A stretch of 64,000 nt of DNA from an uncultured Prochlorococcus sp. (GCA_902573565.1 CACGKI010000001.1:2038-66037), one strand, 5' to 3'. Counted from the first letter of the stretch, positions 1 to 10,678 are shown. The notes: generated from the sequence alone by a model not told the origin. Translations and numbers: made by a program.

Positions 1-22
1 TTCTAATTAAATCCATATTTAT

Positions 23-796
23 CTAATGCCTTAATTTCAAATCAATTCTCCACTGATTTAGAATTGATGATGCGTTAATACTAGCCGTTGAAGTTCTTAA
101 GATAGTGTCTGAAAGTTTAACAAAGGTAATATTATTTTTATTAAAAAAATCAATTTCTTTAGAGGACCAACCCCCTTCAGGGCCAATTACATTCCAAAAA
201 ATACCTCCTTTTTTATTTACAAATTCTTGTTGTTTTTTTAACCATTGATTTAAGTCATAACTAGTATCTTCTCTAGTTATAGAAATTGAAACTCTTTCTT
301 GATTATCTCTACTTTTTAGCCATTCAATAATATCCATACCATTTAAAATAGATGGTTTCCATAATCTCTCACTTTGCTCAACTGCTTCTTTGATAATTGA
401 ATTCCATCTCAAAAGTTTTCTAGAAAAATTTAAATTTTTGTTTACCTGTCTTTCAGAAAATAATGGCTGTATAAAATCAATTCCTATTTCAGTACACATT
501 TTTAAAATATCCTCAAAACCACTTTTTGGAATAACAACAGCTATGCCTAATAAGTAAATTTCTTGTTTTTGAAATAAGTAAGGTTTTTTTAATTGAATTA
601 TTTCTAAACAATCATTTTTAACTTTTGTAGCTTTCCATAATGAACCCTCTCCGTTAGCTATAAATATTTCTTTACCATTTTTTATCCTCATTACTTTATT
701 TATATAATGATCCTCTTCTTTTGAAAGTTCTAAATTATTGTTCTTAATATTTTCAATTCTTTCAGGGGAAATAATTAATCTTGTTAAGTCTTCCAT
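23..796 (-). CDS. rsmE: 16S rRNA (uracil-N3)-methyltransferase, RsmE family
   Basis: 257-aa ORF. C-terminal SPOUT-type motif VIGPEGGWSSKE and overall length fit RsmE/DUF558. Confidence 0.7.
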   Translation of the reverse strand: MEDLTRLIISPERIENIKNNNLELSKEEDHYINKVMRIKNGKEIFIANGEGSLWKATKVKNDCLEIIQLKKPYLFQKQEIYLLGIAVVIPKSGFEDILKMCTEIGIDFIQPLFSERQVNKNLNFSRKLLRWNSIIKEAVEQSERLWKPSILNGMDIIEWLKSRDNQERVSISITREDTSYDLNQWLKKQQEFVNKKGGIFWNVIGPEGGWSSKEIDFFNKNNITFVKLSDTILRTSTASINASSILNQWRIDLKLRH

Positions 797-805
797 CTAA
801 AACAC

Positions 806-1249
806 TTAATCTTTGAAAACTAAATCTTCATGTTCTTCAATTGCCCAATCATTATTTTCACCACCAATAATTAACTCTTCAATTTTTACATAATTATTTG
901 ATATCTCATTCAAAGAATTAATTAGTATATCTATTGAAAGGGAGTCTGAAGTCCCAAAATCAACCCAACATCTACCCCACAGATTTTGATATTCCATAAT
1001 TCCTAAATTATGCATTAAGGCTGGAAGAGATGCGTTTTTTTGGTCATTATCGTAGGACATCCAACTTAGATCGGAACCTTCTTCATGAGTTTGCAAATTT
1101 TCAGAGTTAAATCCCCCTAACCTTCCTAAAACGTACCAACTATCAAAAACACCATCTAAATAATTTTTTTCATCTTGAGTGGGTGGTTCAGTAAACCTTA
1201 TCCATATCCAACAATTAAAAGGATCAACTTCTCTAAAAATAATATTCAT
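806..1249 (-). CDS. Conserved cyanobacterial/plastid-lineage hypothetical protein (DUF3531-like)
   Basis: 147-aa ORF with FNCWIWIRF...SWYVLGRLGGFN block, which I recall from DUF3531 proteins. No catalytic motif recognised. Confidence 0.5.
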   Translation of the reverse strand: MNIIFREVDPFNCWIWIRFTEPPTQDEKNYLDGVFDSWYVLGRLGGFNSENLQTHEEGSDLSWMSYDNDQKNASLPALMHNLGIMEYQNLWGRCWVDFGTSDSLSIDILINSLNEISNNYVKIEELIIGGENNDWAIEEHEDLVFKD

Positions 1250-1331
1250 ATTGTCTAATAGTTTTTTAATCTATAGCTATTATAAGTAAGTTATTACTAG
1301 ATTAAAATTCATACTCATAACTTAATTAATA

Positions 1332-1979
1332 ATGCTTGATTTAAGAGAAATATCTTATCAACCTCAAACTGGTGAAAGAATAATAATAGACAATCTAAAT
1401 TTAAAAGTTCATGAAAACGAAATTATTATAATTTGCGGTAACAGTGGTTCTGGGAAAACAACCCTTCTTGAAATAATTAGCGGATTAACAAATCCACAAA
1501 AAGGAAAAATTACTTGGAAAAACAAAATTTTATCTTCTAGGCAAAGAAGATGGTTTTGTGGAGTAGTATTCCAATTCCCTGAAAGATACTTTATGGGTAC
1601 AACAATTGGGGAAGAATTAAAAATGGGCCATAAATCTTTAAGAGAGAAAAATATAGAAATAGTTTTAAATAAGGTTGGTTTGAAAAAAATTAATCTAACC
1701 CAACCACCAGAACAACTAAGTGGAGGACAACAAAGAAGGTTAGCTGTAGCAGTTCAGCTACTTAGAAACCCGTCAATTCTTTTGCTTGATGAACCAACTG
1801 CTGGATTAGACTATTCAATGAGAAATGATGTGAAGAAGTTAATTCTTGATCTAAAAAATAAAAATACAATTATTATTGTTACTCATGAACCTGCCTTATT
1901 TGAGGGCATTCCGTCTAGGATATTAATTCTGGAAAAAGGAAAAATCAAAAATGTTATGAAAGAAAATCATGAAGGATAG
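1332..1979 (+). CDS. ABC transporter ATP-binding protein (ECF/CbiO-like)
   Basis: Walker [13 protein letters not shown] signature LSGGQQRR, Walker B LLLDEP. Confidence 0.85.
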   Translation: MLDLREISYQPQTGERIIIDNLNLKVHENEIIIICGNSGSGKTTLLEIISGLTNPQKGKITWKNKILSSRQRRWFCGVVFQFPERYFMGTTIGEELKMGHKSLREKNIEIVLNKVGLKKINLTQPPEQLSGGQQRRLAVAVQLLRNPSILLLDEPTAGLDYSMRNDVKKLILDLKNKNTIIIVTHEPALFEGIPSRILILEKGKIKNVMKENHEG

Positions 1980-2877
1980 GATAGTACGAGCTACGGCAGC
2001 AAATGGAGGAATAAGATTAGTTGCAGTCTTAACTACAGAATCTTCTCTGGAAGCAAAAAAAAGACACGGTCTTTCTTATTTAACCACCTGTATCTTAGGC
2101 AGAGCATTCAGTGCTTCACTGCTTCTAGCAAGTTCAATGAAGATAATGCATGGGAGAGTAACTTTCAGAGTTAGGTCTGACGGACCCTTGAAGGGATTGC
2201 TTGTTGATGCAGGAAGAGACGGCAAAGTCAGAGGTTATGTAGGGAATCCCGATTTAGAATTAGACCTAGTCAAAACAGATAATAATAAATATTCTTTTGA
2301 TTTTAAAAAAGCATTAGGTACTGGATATTTAAATGTTATTAGAGATAGCGGAACTGGAGAGCCCTTTACAAGTACAGTTGAATTAGTAAACGGGAATATT
2401 GCAGAAGACTTAGCTTCATATTTATATCATTCAGAACAAACCCCTTCTGCTGTATTCATTGGAGAAAAAATTCAAAATAAAGGTGTTATTTGTAGTGGGG
2501 GATTGTTAGCTCAAGTTTTACCTAAAAAAGATACTGACCCCTTACTAGTTGCACTTCTTGAAGAAAGATGTAAAGAAATTAATTCTTTTAGCGAAGACCT
2601 ATTTCAGTCAAAAGATAATCTTCTTTCGTTAATAAGAAATATATTTCCGGATATTGACGATAAATCAATATCTGAAAAAGCTCGTTCCCAAGAAGTTAGT
2701 TTTCAATGCAAGTGTTCCAAACAAAGAAGTTTAAATGCAATGAAAATGCTTGATAAGAGCGAGTTGGAGGACATCCTCAAGAAAGATGGCAAAGCAGAGT
2801 TAGTTTGTGAATTTTGTAAAAATAAATATCTTATAAATTATGAAGAAATTAAATCTATGATAGAAAATCAATCATAA
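1969..2877 (+). CDS. hslO: Redox-regulated chaperone Hsp33
   Basis: 302 aa. C-terminal zinc-centre cysteines CKC...CEFC at Hsp33 spacing. Overlaps the upstream ABC gene by 11 nt. Confidence 0.85.
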   Translation: MKDRIVRATAANGGIRLVAVLTTESSLEAKKRHGLSYLTTCILGRAFSASLLLASSMKIMHGRVTFRVRSDGPLKGLLVDAGRDGKVRGYVGNPDLELDLVKTDNNKYSFDFKKALGTGYLNVIRDSGTGEPFTSTVELVNGNIAEDLASYLYHSEQTPSAVFIGEKIQNKGVICSGGLLAQVLPKKDTDPLLVALLEERCKEINSFSEDLFQSKDNLLSLIRNIFPDIDDKSISEKARSQEVSFQCKCSKQRSLNAMKMLDKSELEDILKKDGKAELVCEFCKNKYLINYEEIKSMIENQS

Positions 2878-3546
2878 AAAAATTACGCCTAGCCATAAAA
2901 TAACCATGGCCGGAATACTTTGAATTTTTTGTATTGATAAAGAGTTGTTTGATACTTCCTGAATGAAAGAATTATTTTCAAGCAATCCACCAAATATTAA
3001 TCCTATCGAGAGAAAGGTAACACTCCAACCCAGAGAACCTATAAATCTTTTCCCTGATTTAATTTGAGTATAGGTAAGTATTAATGTTGAGATAGAGAGT
3101 AAAAGTCTATTATTTGAGTCTGGACTGATAAATAACAAAATTAAAAATAATAGCCCAACAGATATTTTTATTGAAAGATTGTCAAATGAGGGGGTAGTTA
3201 TTTTTGGAAGACTATACTGACTTGAATTGTTAGAGTTTTTATTTAAATTTTTTATCTTAGAAAGAAGTGGGAAGTTATTATTGGTAAATTGATTAATTTG
3301 TTTTTCTTTTTTTGAGGCACTCACAGCTTCATAGCTTACATTTCCTGATTGCCTGGCTTTCAGACTACCCATGAGTAATTGATCAAAGGAAGATTCTATT
3401 TTTGCTCTTAAAATTAAGTCTTCACCAGCTTCTTTAACTTTAATATCTCTAGCCTTCTGAATATCCTCAAAAGCAGCACCTTCTTTTACACCTAAAATTT
3501 CATAAGGTGATTTTTCGTTATTATTTTTATTACTGTTTAAATCCAA
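2872..3546 (-). CDS. J-like domain membrane protein (CPP1/DUF3353-like)
   Basis: N-terminal J-like SPYEILGV...DIQKARD without an HPD motif. C-terminal half has several hydrophobic helices. Confidence 0.55.
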   Translation of the reverse strand: MDLNSNKNNNEKSPYEILGVKEGAAFEDIQKARDIKVKEAGEDLILRAKIESSFDQLLMGSLKARQSGNVSYEAVSASKKEKQINQFTNNNFPLLSKIKNLNKNSNNSSQYSLPKITTPSFDNLSIKISVGLLFLILLFISPDSNNRLLLSISTLILTYTQIKSGKRFIGSLGWSVTFLSIGLIFGGLLENNSFIQEVSNNSLSIQKIQSIPAMVILWLGVIFL

Positions 3547-3597
3547 AATTTTTTACCAATACTAACAGATTAACTAATTTTATAATCCATTAAGACT

Positions 3598-5235
3598 TTA
3601 TAAAACAATTGGTTCGACTCCACTAACAACGGGCGCAACTTTGTTTAAATTTAATTGATTATTGTCTTCAACAAACTGATTTAAATTCCACTCATTTTTG
3701 AAAAGAATAACTGGCCTATTCCAACAATCTTTAACTATTTTACAGTTAAATATTCTGCCTAGTTTTTCAATGGCTGGCCATCCATCAGAAATCCATCTAG
3801 CCAATTGATATGGCATTGCTTCAAGATTTGCATCTACACCATATTCACTTTTTAATCTGTGAGTTACTACCTCCAACTGCAATTGACCAACGGCTGCGAG
3901 TATAGGGTCTCTTTTACTCTCATCAAAGTCATAAAGAATCTGAACAGCTCCTTCTTCTCGAAGTTCATTAACACCCTTTCTAAAGTTTTTAAATGCTGAG
4001 GGATTTGGATTTCTTAGCCAGCTGAATATTTCAGGACTAAAGGATGGTATGCCCTCATATTCCAGATGAGCACCCGTATAAAGAGTATCTCCAATAGAAA
4101 ACATCCCTGGATTATTTAAACCAATAACATCTCCAGGATAGGCATCATCAACTACTTCTCTATCTTGCCCAAATATTTTTTGTGGTCTTGATAATCTAAT
4201 TGTTTTCCCAGTTCTGGAATGTTTAACTGACATATCCTTTTCAAATTTGCCACTACAAACTCTTATAAAAGCAACCCTATCTCTGTGCTTTGGATCCATA
4301 TTTGCCTGAAGCTTAAAAACAAACCCACTAAATTCATCGCTTGCAGGTTCAATATCCCCTTTATTACTATTTCTTGAAGTTGGTTTTTGTGCCATTTTTA
4401 AAAAACTATCTAAAAATGGCCTTACGCCAAAATTAGTCATGGCTGATCCAAAGAAAACTGGGGTTAAAGAGCCATTAAAAACTTTTTCTTTTTCAAATTT
4501 AGATCCCGCCTCATCAAGAACCTCCAATTCTTCAAGTGAGTTTTCAAGTAAATCTCTCTCTACATATTTTGATAGCTCTTTATCTTCAAGACTTAATCTT
4601 TTCTCATTCGATTGTTTCCCTCTCACTGCTTTATCAAATAAAATCACCTCTCTCGAAAATCTATCAATAACCCCTCTAAATTCCTCGCCACTCCCAATTG
4701 GCCAGTTTATAGGTAGGGTATTTAATCCAAGTTCTGATTCAATTTCATCAAGTAAAGAAAATGGCTCTCTTCCTGGTCTATCCATTTTATTTATGAAAGT
4801 AAATATTGGTATTTTTCGCATCTTGCAAACTTCAAACAATTTTCTAGTTTGAGGTTCTAGTCCTTTAGCAGCATCTTCCAACATAACTGCATTATCAGCA
4901 GCAGCTAATGTTCTATAAGTATCTTCGGAGAAATCTTGGTGTCCTGGTGTATCTAATAGATTAATTACAGATCTTTCATATTCAAATTGCAATACAGTTG
5001 ATGTAATAGAAATACCTCTTTGTTTCTCAAGTTCCATCCAGTCTGAGGTGGCTTTTCTCTGATTACCCCTAGCTTTTACTGCTCCTGCCTGTTGAATGGC
5101 ACCTCCATACAAAAGAAGCTTCTCGGTAAGAGTCGTTTTCCCAGCATCTGGATGTGAAATAATAGCGAAATTTCTTCTTTTATTTACCGCATCCAGTATT
5201 TCTTTATTATTTAGAATTTTAGTACCTAAGCTCAT
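3598..5235 (-). CDS. prfC: Peptide chain release factor 3 (translational GTPase)
   Basis: 545 aa. G1 [10 protein letters not shown]3 DTPGHQDF, G4 NKMD, and RF3-like C-terminal domains. Confidence 0.9.
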   Translation of the reverse strand: MSLGTKILNNKEILDAVNKRRNFAIISHPDAGKTTLTEKLLLYGGAIQQAGAVKARGNQRKATSDWMELEKQRGISITSTVLQFEYERSVINLLDTPGHQDFSEDTYRTLAAADNAVMLEDAAKGLEPQTRKLFEVCKMRKIPIFTFINKMDRPGREPFSLLDEIESELGLNTLPINWPIGSGEEFRGVIDRFSREVILFDKAVRGKQSNEKRLSLEDKELSKYVERDLLENSLEELEVLDEAGSKFEKEKVFNGSLTPVFFGSAMTNFGVRPFLDSFLKMAQKPTSRNSNKGDIEPASDEFSGFVFKLQANMDPKHRDRVAFIRVCSGKFEKDMSVKHSRTGKTIRLSRPQKIFGQDREVVDDAYPGDVIGLNNPGMFSIGDTLYTGAHLEYEGIPSFSPEIFSWLRNPNPSAFKNFRKGVNELREEGAVQILYDFDESKRDPILAAVGQLQLEVVTHRLKSEYGVDANLEAMPYQLARWISDGWPAIEKLGRIFNCKIVKDCWNRPVILFKNEWNLNQFVEDNNQLNLNKVAPVVSGVEPIVL

Positions 5236-5266
5236 TTATTTAATATAAGGGCCTTTCACTTAGTTC

Positions 5267-5962
5267 TTAAACATTACCATAGACTATTAAATAATTTTCA
5301 CCTTCCTCAAACACATCTAAAGAGGATAGATCATTCTCTAAGATGAAATTTTTTAACTCTTTAAAAGTATAAGAAGCTCTTAAAGATGCATAATAATCAT
5401 TAGTTAAAATCTCATTATATTTAGTTGAACATTGTGCTTTGAGTTCTAAAGCAGACTTTTCATCTAATGGCCTTTTTAAGTCCTTGTGAAAATTTACAGT
5501 GATATTACTAGATAAACTTCTTATTGTGTTGAAGAAATCTTCAAGATTGGTAATGTGATGAATCAAACTATTGCTTACAAGTAAACTAATTCTTTTTTTA
5601 AATAAAAAATTATTTGATTTAATGTCTTTGATGTCAGAACAGATGTAGAATAAATTTTTTAATTTTTTTTGATTATTAGAAATACTTTTATTATATTCTG
5701 CTCTCAAAATCATCTCTCTAGAACCATCTATTCCTACGACTGCAGTATTAGGCCATTTTATTGCTAACTTCTCAGAAATATTTCCTGGGCCACATCCTAA
5801 ATCAACTATTAAATCTTTTTCACCTAAAGAAATATTTTTTTTCAAAAGATATTGATTTATTTGATTAATTAGATTAACTTCCCCTTCTGAAAAATCAGCT
5901 TCGTCATAAGAAATGACCTGCTCTTTTTCTTCCATTAATTCAGGTTCGGGGACTCTTTCCAT
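5267..5962 (-). CDS. Class I SAM-dependent methyltransferase
   Basis: Motif I VDLGCGPGNIS, 231 aa. Confidence 0.75.
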   Translation of the reverse strand: MERVPEPELMEEKEQVISYDEADFSEGEVNLINQINQYLLKKNISLGEKDLIVDLGCGPGNISEKLAIKWPNTAVVGIDGSREMILRAEYNKSISNNQKKLKNLFYICSDIKDIKSNNFLFKKRISLLVSNSLIHHITNLEDFFNTIRSLSSNITVNFHKDLKRPLDEKSALELKAQCSTKYNEILTNDYYASLRASYTFKELKNFILENDLSSLDVFEEGENYLIVYGNV

Positions 5963-6020
5963 ATCCTTTCTTGAAACAAAGATTTCATATTAAACATAAT
6001 TCTACACAAACCGTTAAATA

Positions 6021-8429
6021 GTGGTAAGAATAGTTGCAGACGCCACAGGTAGAGTTATTCTTCCAGTACGGGTTATTTACATACGTTTTTTTATCGTGAC
6101 TATTGCACCAAATAAAGCTTCTTCAGAGAACAATTCCAATAATCTTAAAAAAGATGATTTTCCAAAGACTGCGCCAGCTGCTTACCCAGTTTTTTTCAGA
6201 TCTTATAGTAGAAAAACTTCATCTGGCAAAAGGGAGAACTGGAGCGAAGTAGGCGAAAGGAATTTATCGGGATTAAAAGAATTAGGAAAACTTTCTGAAG
6301 AAGAATTAATCCTAATGAGAGAGATGCAAAGTAACCAAAAAGCTCAACCTTCAGGAAGATGGTTATGGATAGGCGGAACCCCTTGGATTAATAAGAACCA
6401 AAATTTCTCAGGAGCATACAACTGTACCTCAACAAACTTAATTGATTGGGAAGCCTTCGCATTAATGATGGACTTAGCAATGATGGGATGTGGGACAGGT
6501 GCTATAATTGAGCCTCATTTTATAAATAATCTACCTACGGTAATTAACAAAATAAACATTAAATCAGTCAGTGAAGTTGGAATAACTTCTAAAGATCAAA
6601 GAGAAGAAAAGTCATCATTAGAAATTAAAGGAAAAGATCTTCATATCAAAGTTGGAGATAGCAGAAGAGGATGGGTAGATAGCTATAAATATCTTCTTGA
6701 GGCATCAAGTAACGAGAGTCTTGAAAGAGAAATTGATGTTTATATTGATCTGGAAGATATTAGGCCTGCTGGAGAATCATTAAAAGGTTTTGGTGGTATG
6801 GCAAATCCTATCAAATTGAAAGATCTTTACTCTAGAGTCGCATCACTTCTTGGAAAGGCAATTGGTAGAAAATTAAGTACAGTAGAGTGTTGTTTATTAA
6901 TTGATGAAGCTGCAGTAACCATAGTTGCTGGGAATATAAGAAGAAGTGCTGGAATGAGACAATTTGCTTCAGATGATAAGGAAGCCGCATCAGCAAAAGA
7001 AAATTTATGGAGTCAAGATGAGAATGGTAATTGGAGAATAGATCCTGAAAAAGATGCCCTCAGAATGGCCAATCATACTAGGGTTTACCATACAAAACCC
7101 ACTTACCAAACTGTTTTGGATGCAGTAACAAAACAATTCCATTCAGGTGAGGGAGCCATTCAATTTGCACCAGAAGCAATCGCAAGGTCAAATGCAGATA
7201 TTCTCAAAGATGATGAATTGAGAAAGGAATTTATTGAAATCTACTCAGAACAAGGCAAGGATGAAGCGAGAAATTGGATAAATAGTAGTTATGGTCCTTT
7301 TTCAGAAGAAGAGTTAGACCACAGGATGAGCCGATATGGACTTAACCCTTGTGGGGAGATCTTGGGAAATGATTTCCATTGCAATTTGGCTGAAGTTCAT
7401 TTAAATCAGATTGATCCAGGAAATTTTGAAGAGCAAAAAAAAGCTTTTAAAGCAGCCGCTCTTTCTGTAGCATGCTTACTAAATCATGAATTTGAAGTTG
7501 AGCGTTACAGAAAAAGTAGGGAATATGATCCTATCGTAGGAGTAAGTTTCACTGGATTATTTGATTTTTGTGTCCATGCCTTTGGGACGCCATGGTTGAA
7601 ATGGTGGGAAGCAGGAAGGCCAAATAGCGAAGAAGGGAAGGCCTTCAAAGAAAAGGAAGCTAGATTCTTAGATTCTTGGAGAAAAATAGTAAAAGAAACT
7701 GTATGGGAATATTGTGATAAGCATAATCTAAGGAGACCAAATAGATGCACAACAGTTCAGCCAGCTGGAACTAAAAGTCTTCTTACTGGAGCAGCTCCAG
7801 GTTGGCATCCTCCAAAGGCTCAAAGATTCATAAGAAGAATAACTTTCAGGAAAAATGACCCAATCGCTTTAGCTTGCATGGATTATGGTTACTCAGTTGT
7901 TCCATCTCAATCTGATAAAGATGAAAATGGTTGCTTGCTCGATAATCCATTTGATCCAAGATGTACAGAATGGTTAGTTGAAATCCCTACAGAAGTTAGT
8001 TGGGCAAATATAGAGGGTGCAGACCAAATAGACATCAATAATTTCTCAGCATTGGCCCAATTTGATTTTTACATGCAAGTGCAGAAATTTTACACAGAGC
8101 ATAATACCTCAGCAACTGTAGAATTTAGAGAAAATGAAATAGAGGATTTAGCTAAGGCTATACACAGTGCAATAGAAAATAATGAAGGATATATTTCAGC
8201 TGCATTACTAGCTAGATTTAGTGCCAACGCTACTTTCCCGAGGTTACCTTTTGAACCAATAAGTAAAGAGGAATACCTATCATTACAAAATAAAGTTATG
8301 GAAAGGAAAGTTAATAGCGATTTCTTTGACGCTCTTAATAAATATGACGTTGGAGAACTATCTGAAGCAGGACCAGCAGGTTGTGATTCAGATAAGTGTC
8401 TACTTCCTCTAGCTAAACCAAAAGATTAA
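6021..8429 (+). CDS. nrdJ: Class II (adenosylcobalamin-dependent) ribonucleotide reductase. True start probably GTG at 6096.
   Basis: Large RNR-like ORF with the single-chain class II architecture seen in Prochlorococcus. The first 25 codons (MVRIVADATGRVILPVRVIYIRFFI) look non-coding and overlap an inverted repeat. An in-frame GTG lies at 6096. Confidence 0.8.
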   Translation: MVRIVADATGRVILPVRVIYIRFFIVTIAPNKASSENNSNNLKKDDFPKTAPAAYPVFFRSYSRKTSSGKRENWSEVGERNLSGLKELGKLSEEELILMREMQSNQKAQPSGRWLWIGGTPWINKNQNFSGAYNCTSTNLIDWEAFALMMDLAMMGCGTGAIIEPHFINNLPTVINKINIKSVSEVGITSKDQREEKSSLEIKGKDLHIKVGDSRRGWVDSYKYLLEASSNESLEREIDVYIDLEDIRPAGESLKGFGGMANPIKLKDLYSRVASLLGKAIGRKLSTVECCLLIDEAAVTIVAGNIRRSAGMRQFASDDKEAASAKENLWSQDENGNWRIDPEKDALRMANHTRVYHTKPTYQTVLDAVTKQFHSGEGAIQFAPEAIARSNADILKDDELRKEFIEIYSEQGKDEARNWINSSYGPFSEEELDHRMSRYGLNPCGEILGNDFHCNLAEVHLNQIDPGNFEEQKKAFKAAALSVACLLNHEFEVERYRKSREYDPIVGVSFTGLFDFCVHAFGTPWLKWWEAGRPNSEEGKAFKEKEARFLDSWRKIVKETVWEYCDKHNLRRPNRCTTVQPAGTKSLLTGAAPGWHPPKAQRFIRRITFRKNDPIALACMDYGYSVVPSQSDKDENGCLLDNPFDPRCTEWLVEIPTEVSWANIEGADQIDINNFSALAQFDFYMQVQKFYTEHNTSATVEFRENEIEDLAKAIHSAIENNEGYISAALLARFSANATFPRLPFEPISKEEYLSLQNKVMERKVNSDFFDALNKYDVGELSEAGPAGCDSDKCLLPLAKPKD

Positions 8430-8517
8430 TTTTTGAATTATTTGTAAATAAAAAATATAAATTAGTTTTTAAAAATTTAATTTGTGGCTACCTCTTAAAT
8501 AGGGACATAAATTATTT

Positions 8518-8784
8518 ATGACATTAAGCTTAAATATTGGAAACTTATTTAATGATTCCTCTAGCCATGCATTAGTAGATGAGCTAAGAAAAAGAACATC
8601 AGAAGAGGCTATCTTAGATTTTGAGGAAAAATTTAACTCCAGAAACGAAAAAAATCTACATGTTTACATATGTAGATTTCTGAAAAATAGATCAATATCC
8701 AGAGGGCTAGCCTCTAAATGGTTAATAACCATAATTAAAAACAAAGAATCAAAAATTGATGCTCTGCAAAAATTACATAATTAG
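8518..8784 (+). CDS. Hypothetical protein
   Basis: 88-aa ORF only, no recognised motifs. Its 3' end overlaps the convergent ORF by 4 nt. Confidence 0.3.
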   Translation: MTLSLNIGNLFNDSSSHALVDELRKRTSEEAILDFEEKFNSRNEKNLHVYICRFLKNRSISRGLASKWLITIIKNKESKIDALQKLHN

Positions 8785-8975
8785 GTAAGTCCTGATAGTT
8801 TCCATAGAGCAATTCCAAAAATTGAAAATCCCATAATAAAAGTAAAAGCCAAAGCATTTACCAATTGAACTTTGTCATTCATCCTATTTGCAAAGGGGAG
8901 TAACTGAGCAAATAAAGGAGTTTCTTCAACTATTGCAGATTTTTTTACTGTAGGTTTTTTGCTTTTAGAAAACAT
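8781..8975 (-). CDS. Hypothetical small membrane protein
   Basis: 64-aa ORF with a basic N-terminus and one C-terminal TM helix (FTFIMGFSIFGIALW). Confidence 0.35.
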   Translation of the reverse strand: MFSKSKKPTVKKSAIVEETPLFAQLLPFANRMNDKVQLVNALAFTFIMGFSIFGIALWKLSGLT

Positions 8976-9061
8976 AAAACAAATTTTATAATCTTAAGAA
9001 TTTTACATTTAAAAGTTCATTAAATAAAAAATACTTCTCAAAAACGAACAAAATGTAACCT

Positions 9062-9097
9062 GTGAGAAACAACGTGAGAAACAACGTGAGAAACAAA
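9062..9097. repeat. Three tandem copies of a 12-nt unit, GTGAGAAACAAC (last copy ends in A)
   Basis: Read directly: gtgagaaacaac gtgagaaacaac gtgagaaacaaa, in an intergenic region. Confidence 0.9.
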
Positions 9098-9293
9098 CTA
9101 AATATTTTTGACGAGGAGACTAATTACATTATTAAGATATTAAGTTTTTTGATTTAAAACCTAGACAAATAATTTACGGGAGTGTTAAGCTAAATTTGTA
9201 GCAACCGCTACCAAAACGTTCAACTTGCGTTTAGCAAGCCGCAAATCGACTTAAGCCATGGAACGGGGACTTAAGCGAAACCGGAGCTTAAAA

Positions 9294-9395
9294 ATGACTC
9301 TAATTTACAGAGGACAAAAGTACGTCCAGAACAAAGAAGTTGCTAAAAAGCAGCATAACGAACTAACTTACAGAGGTAAAGCTTATACAAGCTAG
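9294..9395 (+). CDS. Small protein with duplicated YRG motif (DUF4278-like), 33 aa
   Basis: Manual translation MTLIYRGQKYVQNKEVAKKQHNELTYRGKAYTS. The internal repeat (L)xYRGxxY resembles the cyanobacterial DUF4278 family. A hairpin plus T-run terminator follows directly. Below the ORF-track length cut-off. Confidence 0.45.
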   Translation: MTLIYRGQKYVQNKEVAKKQHNELTYRGKAYTS

Positions 9396-9413
9396 TGCAT
9401 TTGCACAACGATT

Positions 9414-9441
9414 AAAAGAGCCACTAACAGTGGCTTTTTTA
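9414..9441 (+). terminator. Rho-independent terminator
   Basis: aaaag AGCCAC taaca GTGGCT ttttt. Stem 9419-9424/9430-9435, T-run 9436-9440. A-run upstream makes it potentially bidirectional. Confidence 0.6.
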
Positions 9442-9526
9442 ATGTCCAATTTTAGACTGAAAAAATTAATACTTCCCACAAGTATTAAAATAATACAATT
9501 CAATTGCATTTATAAATTTGATAACC

Positions 9527-9676
9527 ATGGCAGACAAGAAACCTTTATTTAAAGCTCCTTATGATATAAAAGATGTTAGTGCTCTTTTCGCTATAGTTGC
9601 CTTTGTATTAATAATTGCTGCCATAGTTGGAAATAACTTATTTGGTTTATTTCAAGAAAGTGTGAATTTCGGCTAA
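9527..9676 (+). CDS. Hypothetical small single-TM protein, 49 aa
   Basis: Manual translation MADKKPLFKAPYDIKDVSALFAIVAFVLIIAAIVGNNLFGLFQESVNFG. ATG start, one clear TM helix. Below the ORF-track cut-off. Confidence 0.35.
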   Translation: MADKKPLFKAPYDIKDVSALFAIVAFVLIIAAIVGNNLFGLFQESVNFG

Positions 9677-9734
9677 TAACAATATTAAACTTGACTTCAT
9701 AATCTCTATGGTGATGTTTATCCAGAGACTAAAT

Positions 9735-10553
9735 TCACAAAATTTTCAAAATTATAAACTCATTTCCAAATAGCCATACGACTAATCCTCCTAGAGAAAT
9801 AAATGGAGCGAAGGGGATTACTTGTCTAAACTTCAAAATATTTGTAGATAAACCTACTAGACAATATATTGCAGCAAATATATAAGAAAGACCCACAGCA
9901 AGTAATGTTCCAATTGGACCAAGCCAAATAGCAAGCATTGCGACTAATTTTGTATCTCCTTTCCCAATAGCATCTTTTTTGAATATATATTTAGCAAAAT
10001 GTCTTAAAAATTCAAAAATTAAAAATGATATTACTGGTGTACTCAGACCTTTAATAATTAAAAAAAGATCTATAAATTTATCATTTAACATTTCGACAGT
10101 GATTAATCCTATCAATCCAGAAATAAATCCAAAATTTATTAAACCTTGAGGAATCCAAAAACAACTAATATCAATTAAAGATATACAAATCAAAAGAGAC
10201 AAAAACAACCAGCTAAAAAAAACTTGTAGAAATAAGTTTGAGTTAAAATTTTGAAAAGTGGGCGAGCTATTAACAAATAAAACAAACAAAATCCCAGTTA
10301 TAAATTCAACGAGAGGGTATCTAAATGATATTGAAGAGTTACAATTCTTACACTTACCCTTTTGAATAACCCAACTAATTAAAGGTATATTTTCTATCCA
10401 AGTTAATTGATTTTTACAATCAGGACAAAAACTTCTTGGTTTTACAATTGATAGATCATTCGGAAATCGAAAAACAACTACATTTAAAAAACTTCCTATA
10501 CAAATACCAATTACAAACGCTGAAAAATAATTAATCACTATCATTATTTTCAA
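9735..10553 (-). CDS. pilD: Type IV prepilin peptidase / N-methyltransferase (peptidase A24)
   Basis: 272 aa, polytopic. Zinc-type CPDC...CKNC pairs in the first cytoplasmic loop, with the conserved IENIPLISW and FRYPLVE blocks. Confidence 0.85.
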   Translation of the reverse strand: MKIMIVINYFSAFVIGICIGSFLNVVVFRFPNDLSIVKPRSFCPDCKNQLTWIENIPLISWVIQKGKCKNCNSSISFRYPLVEFITGILFVLFVNSSPTFQNFNSNLFLQVFFSWLFLSLLICISLIDISCFWIPQGLINFGFISGLIGLITVEMLNDKFIDLFLIIKGLSTPVISFLIFEFLRHFAKYIFKKDAIGKGDTKLVAMLAIWLGPIGTLLAVGLSYIFAAIYCLVGLSTNILKFRQVIPFAPFISLGGLVVWLFGNEFIILKIL

Positions 10554-10678
10554 GTAGTTATACTTTTAACTTAAAGTATCAAAGTTTTATAAAAAAGAAT
10601 AAAGTTCTTTTGATGCGATAAGAAAATAGATTTTATTTTTTGTATTTAAGTTGACAAAAAAATAACTAAACACGAAAA

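Noticed and set aside
4439-4852. 137-aa ORF antisense inside prfC. The same applies to 7505-7750 in nrdJ, 14644-14994 in pilT, 16074-16586 in pilC, and 16888-17079 and 17632-17907 in pilM. It also applies to 21349-21714 and 22504-22734 in pilQ, 33248-34171 in sulP, 35005-35196 in metA and 37140-37385. Further cases are 43538-43732, 45777-45986, 50679-50924, 52672-52860, 53671-53856, 56782-57553, 60300-60524 and 61119-61301.
   Set aside because: All lie wholly within, and opposite to or out of frame with, ORFs that have strong family motifs. Their products are low-complexity (S/L/F/I-rich), as expected from reading AT-rich coding DNA in the wrong frame.
9062-9097. Possible CRISPR array.
   Set aside because: There are only three directly abutting 12-nt units with no spacers, and no cas genes anywhere in the window. 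It is a simple tandem repeat.
10651-10656. TTGACA as a -35 box for pilA.
   Set aside because: It lies 22 nt from the TATAAT at 10679-10684, outside the 16-18 nt spacing window. Only the -10 element is reported, at low confidence.
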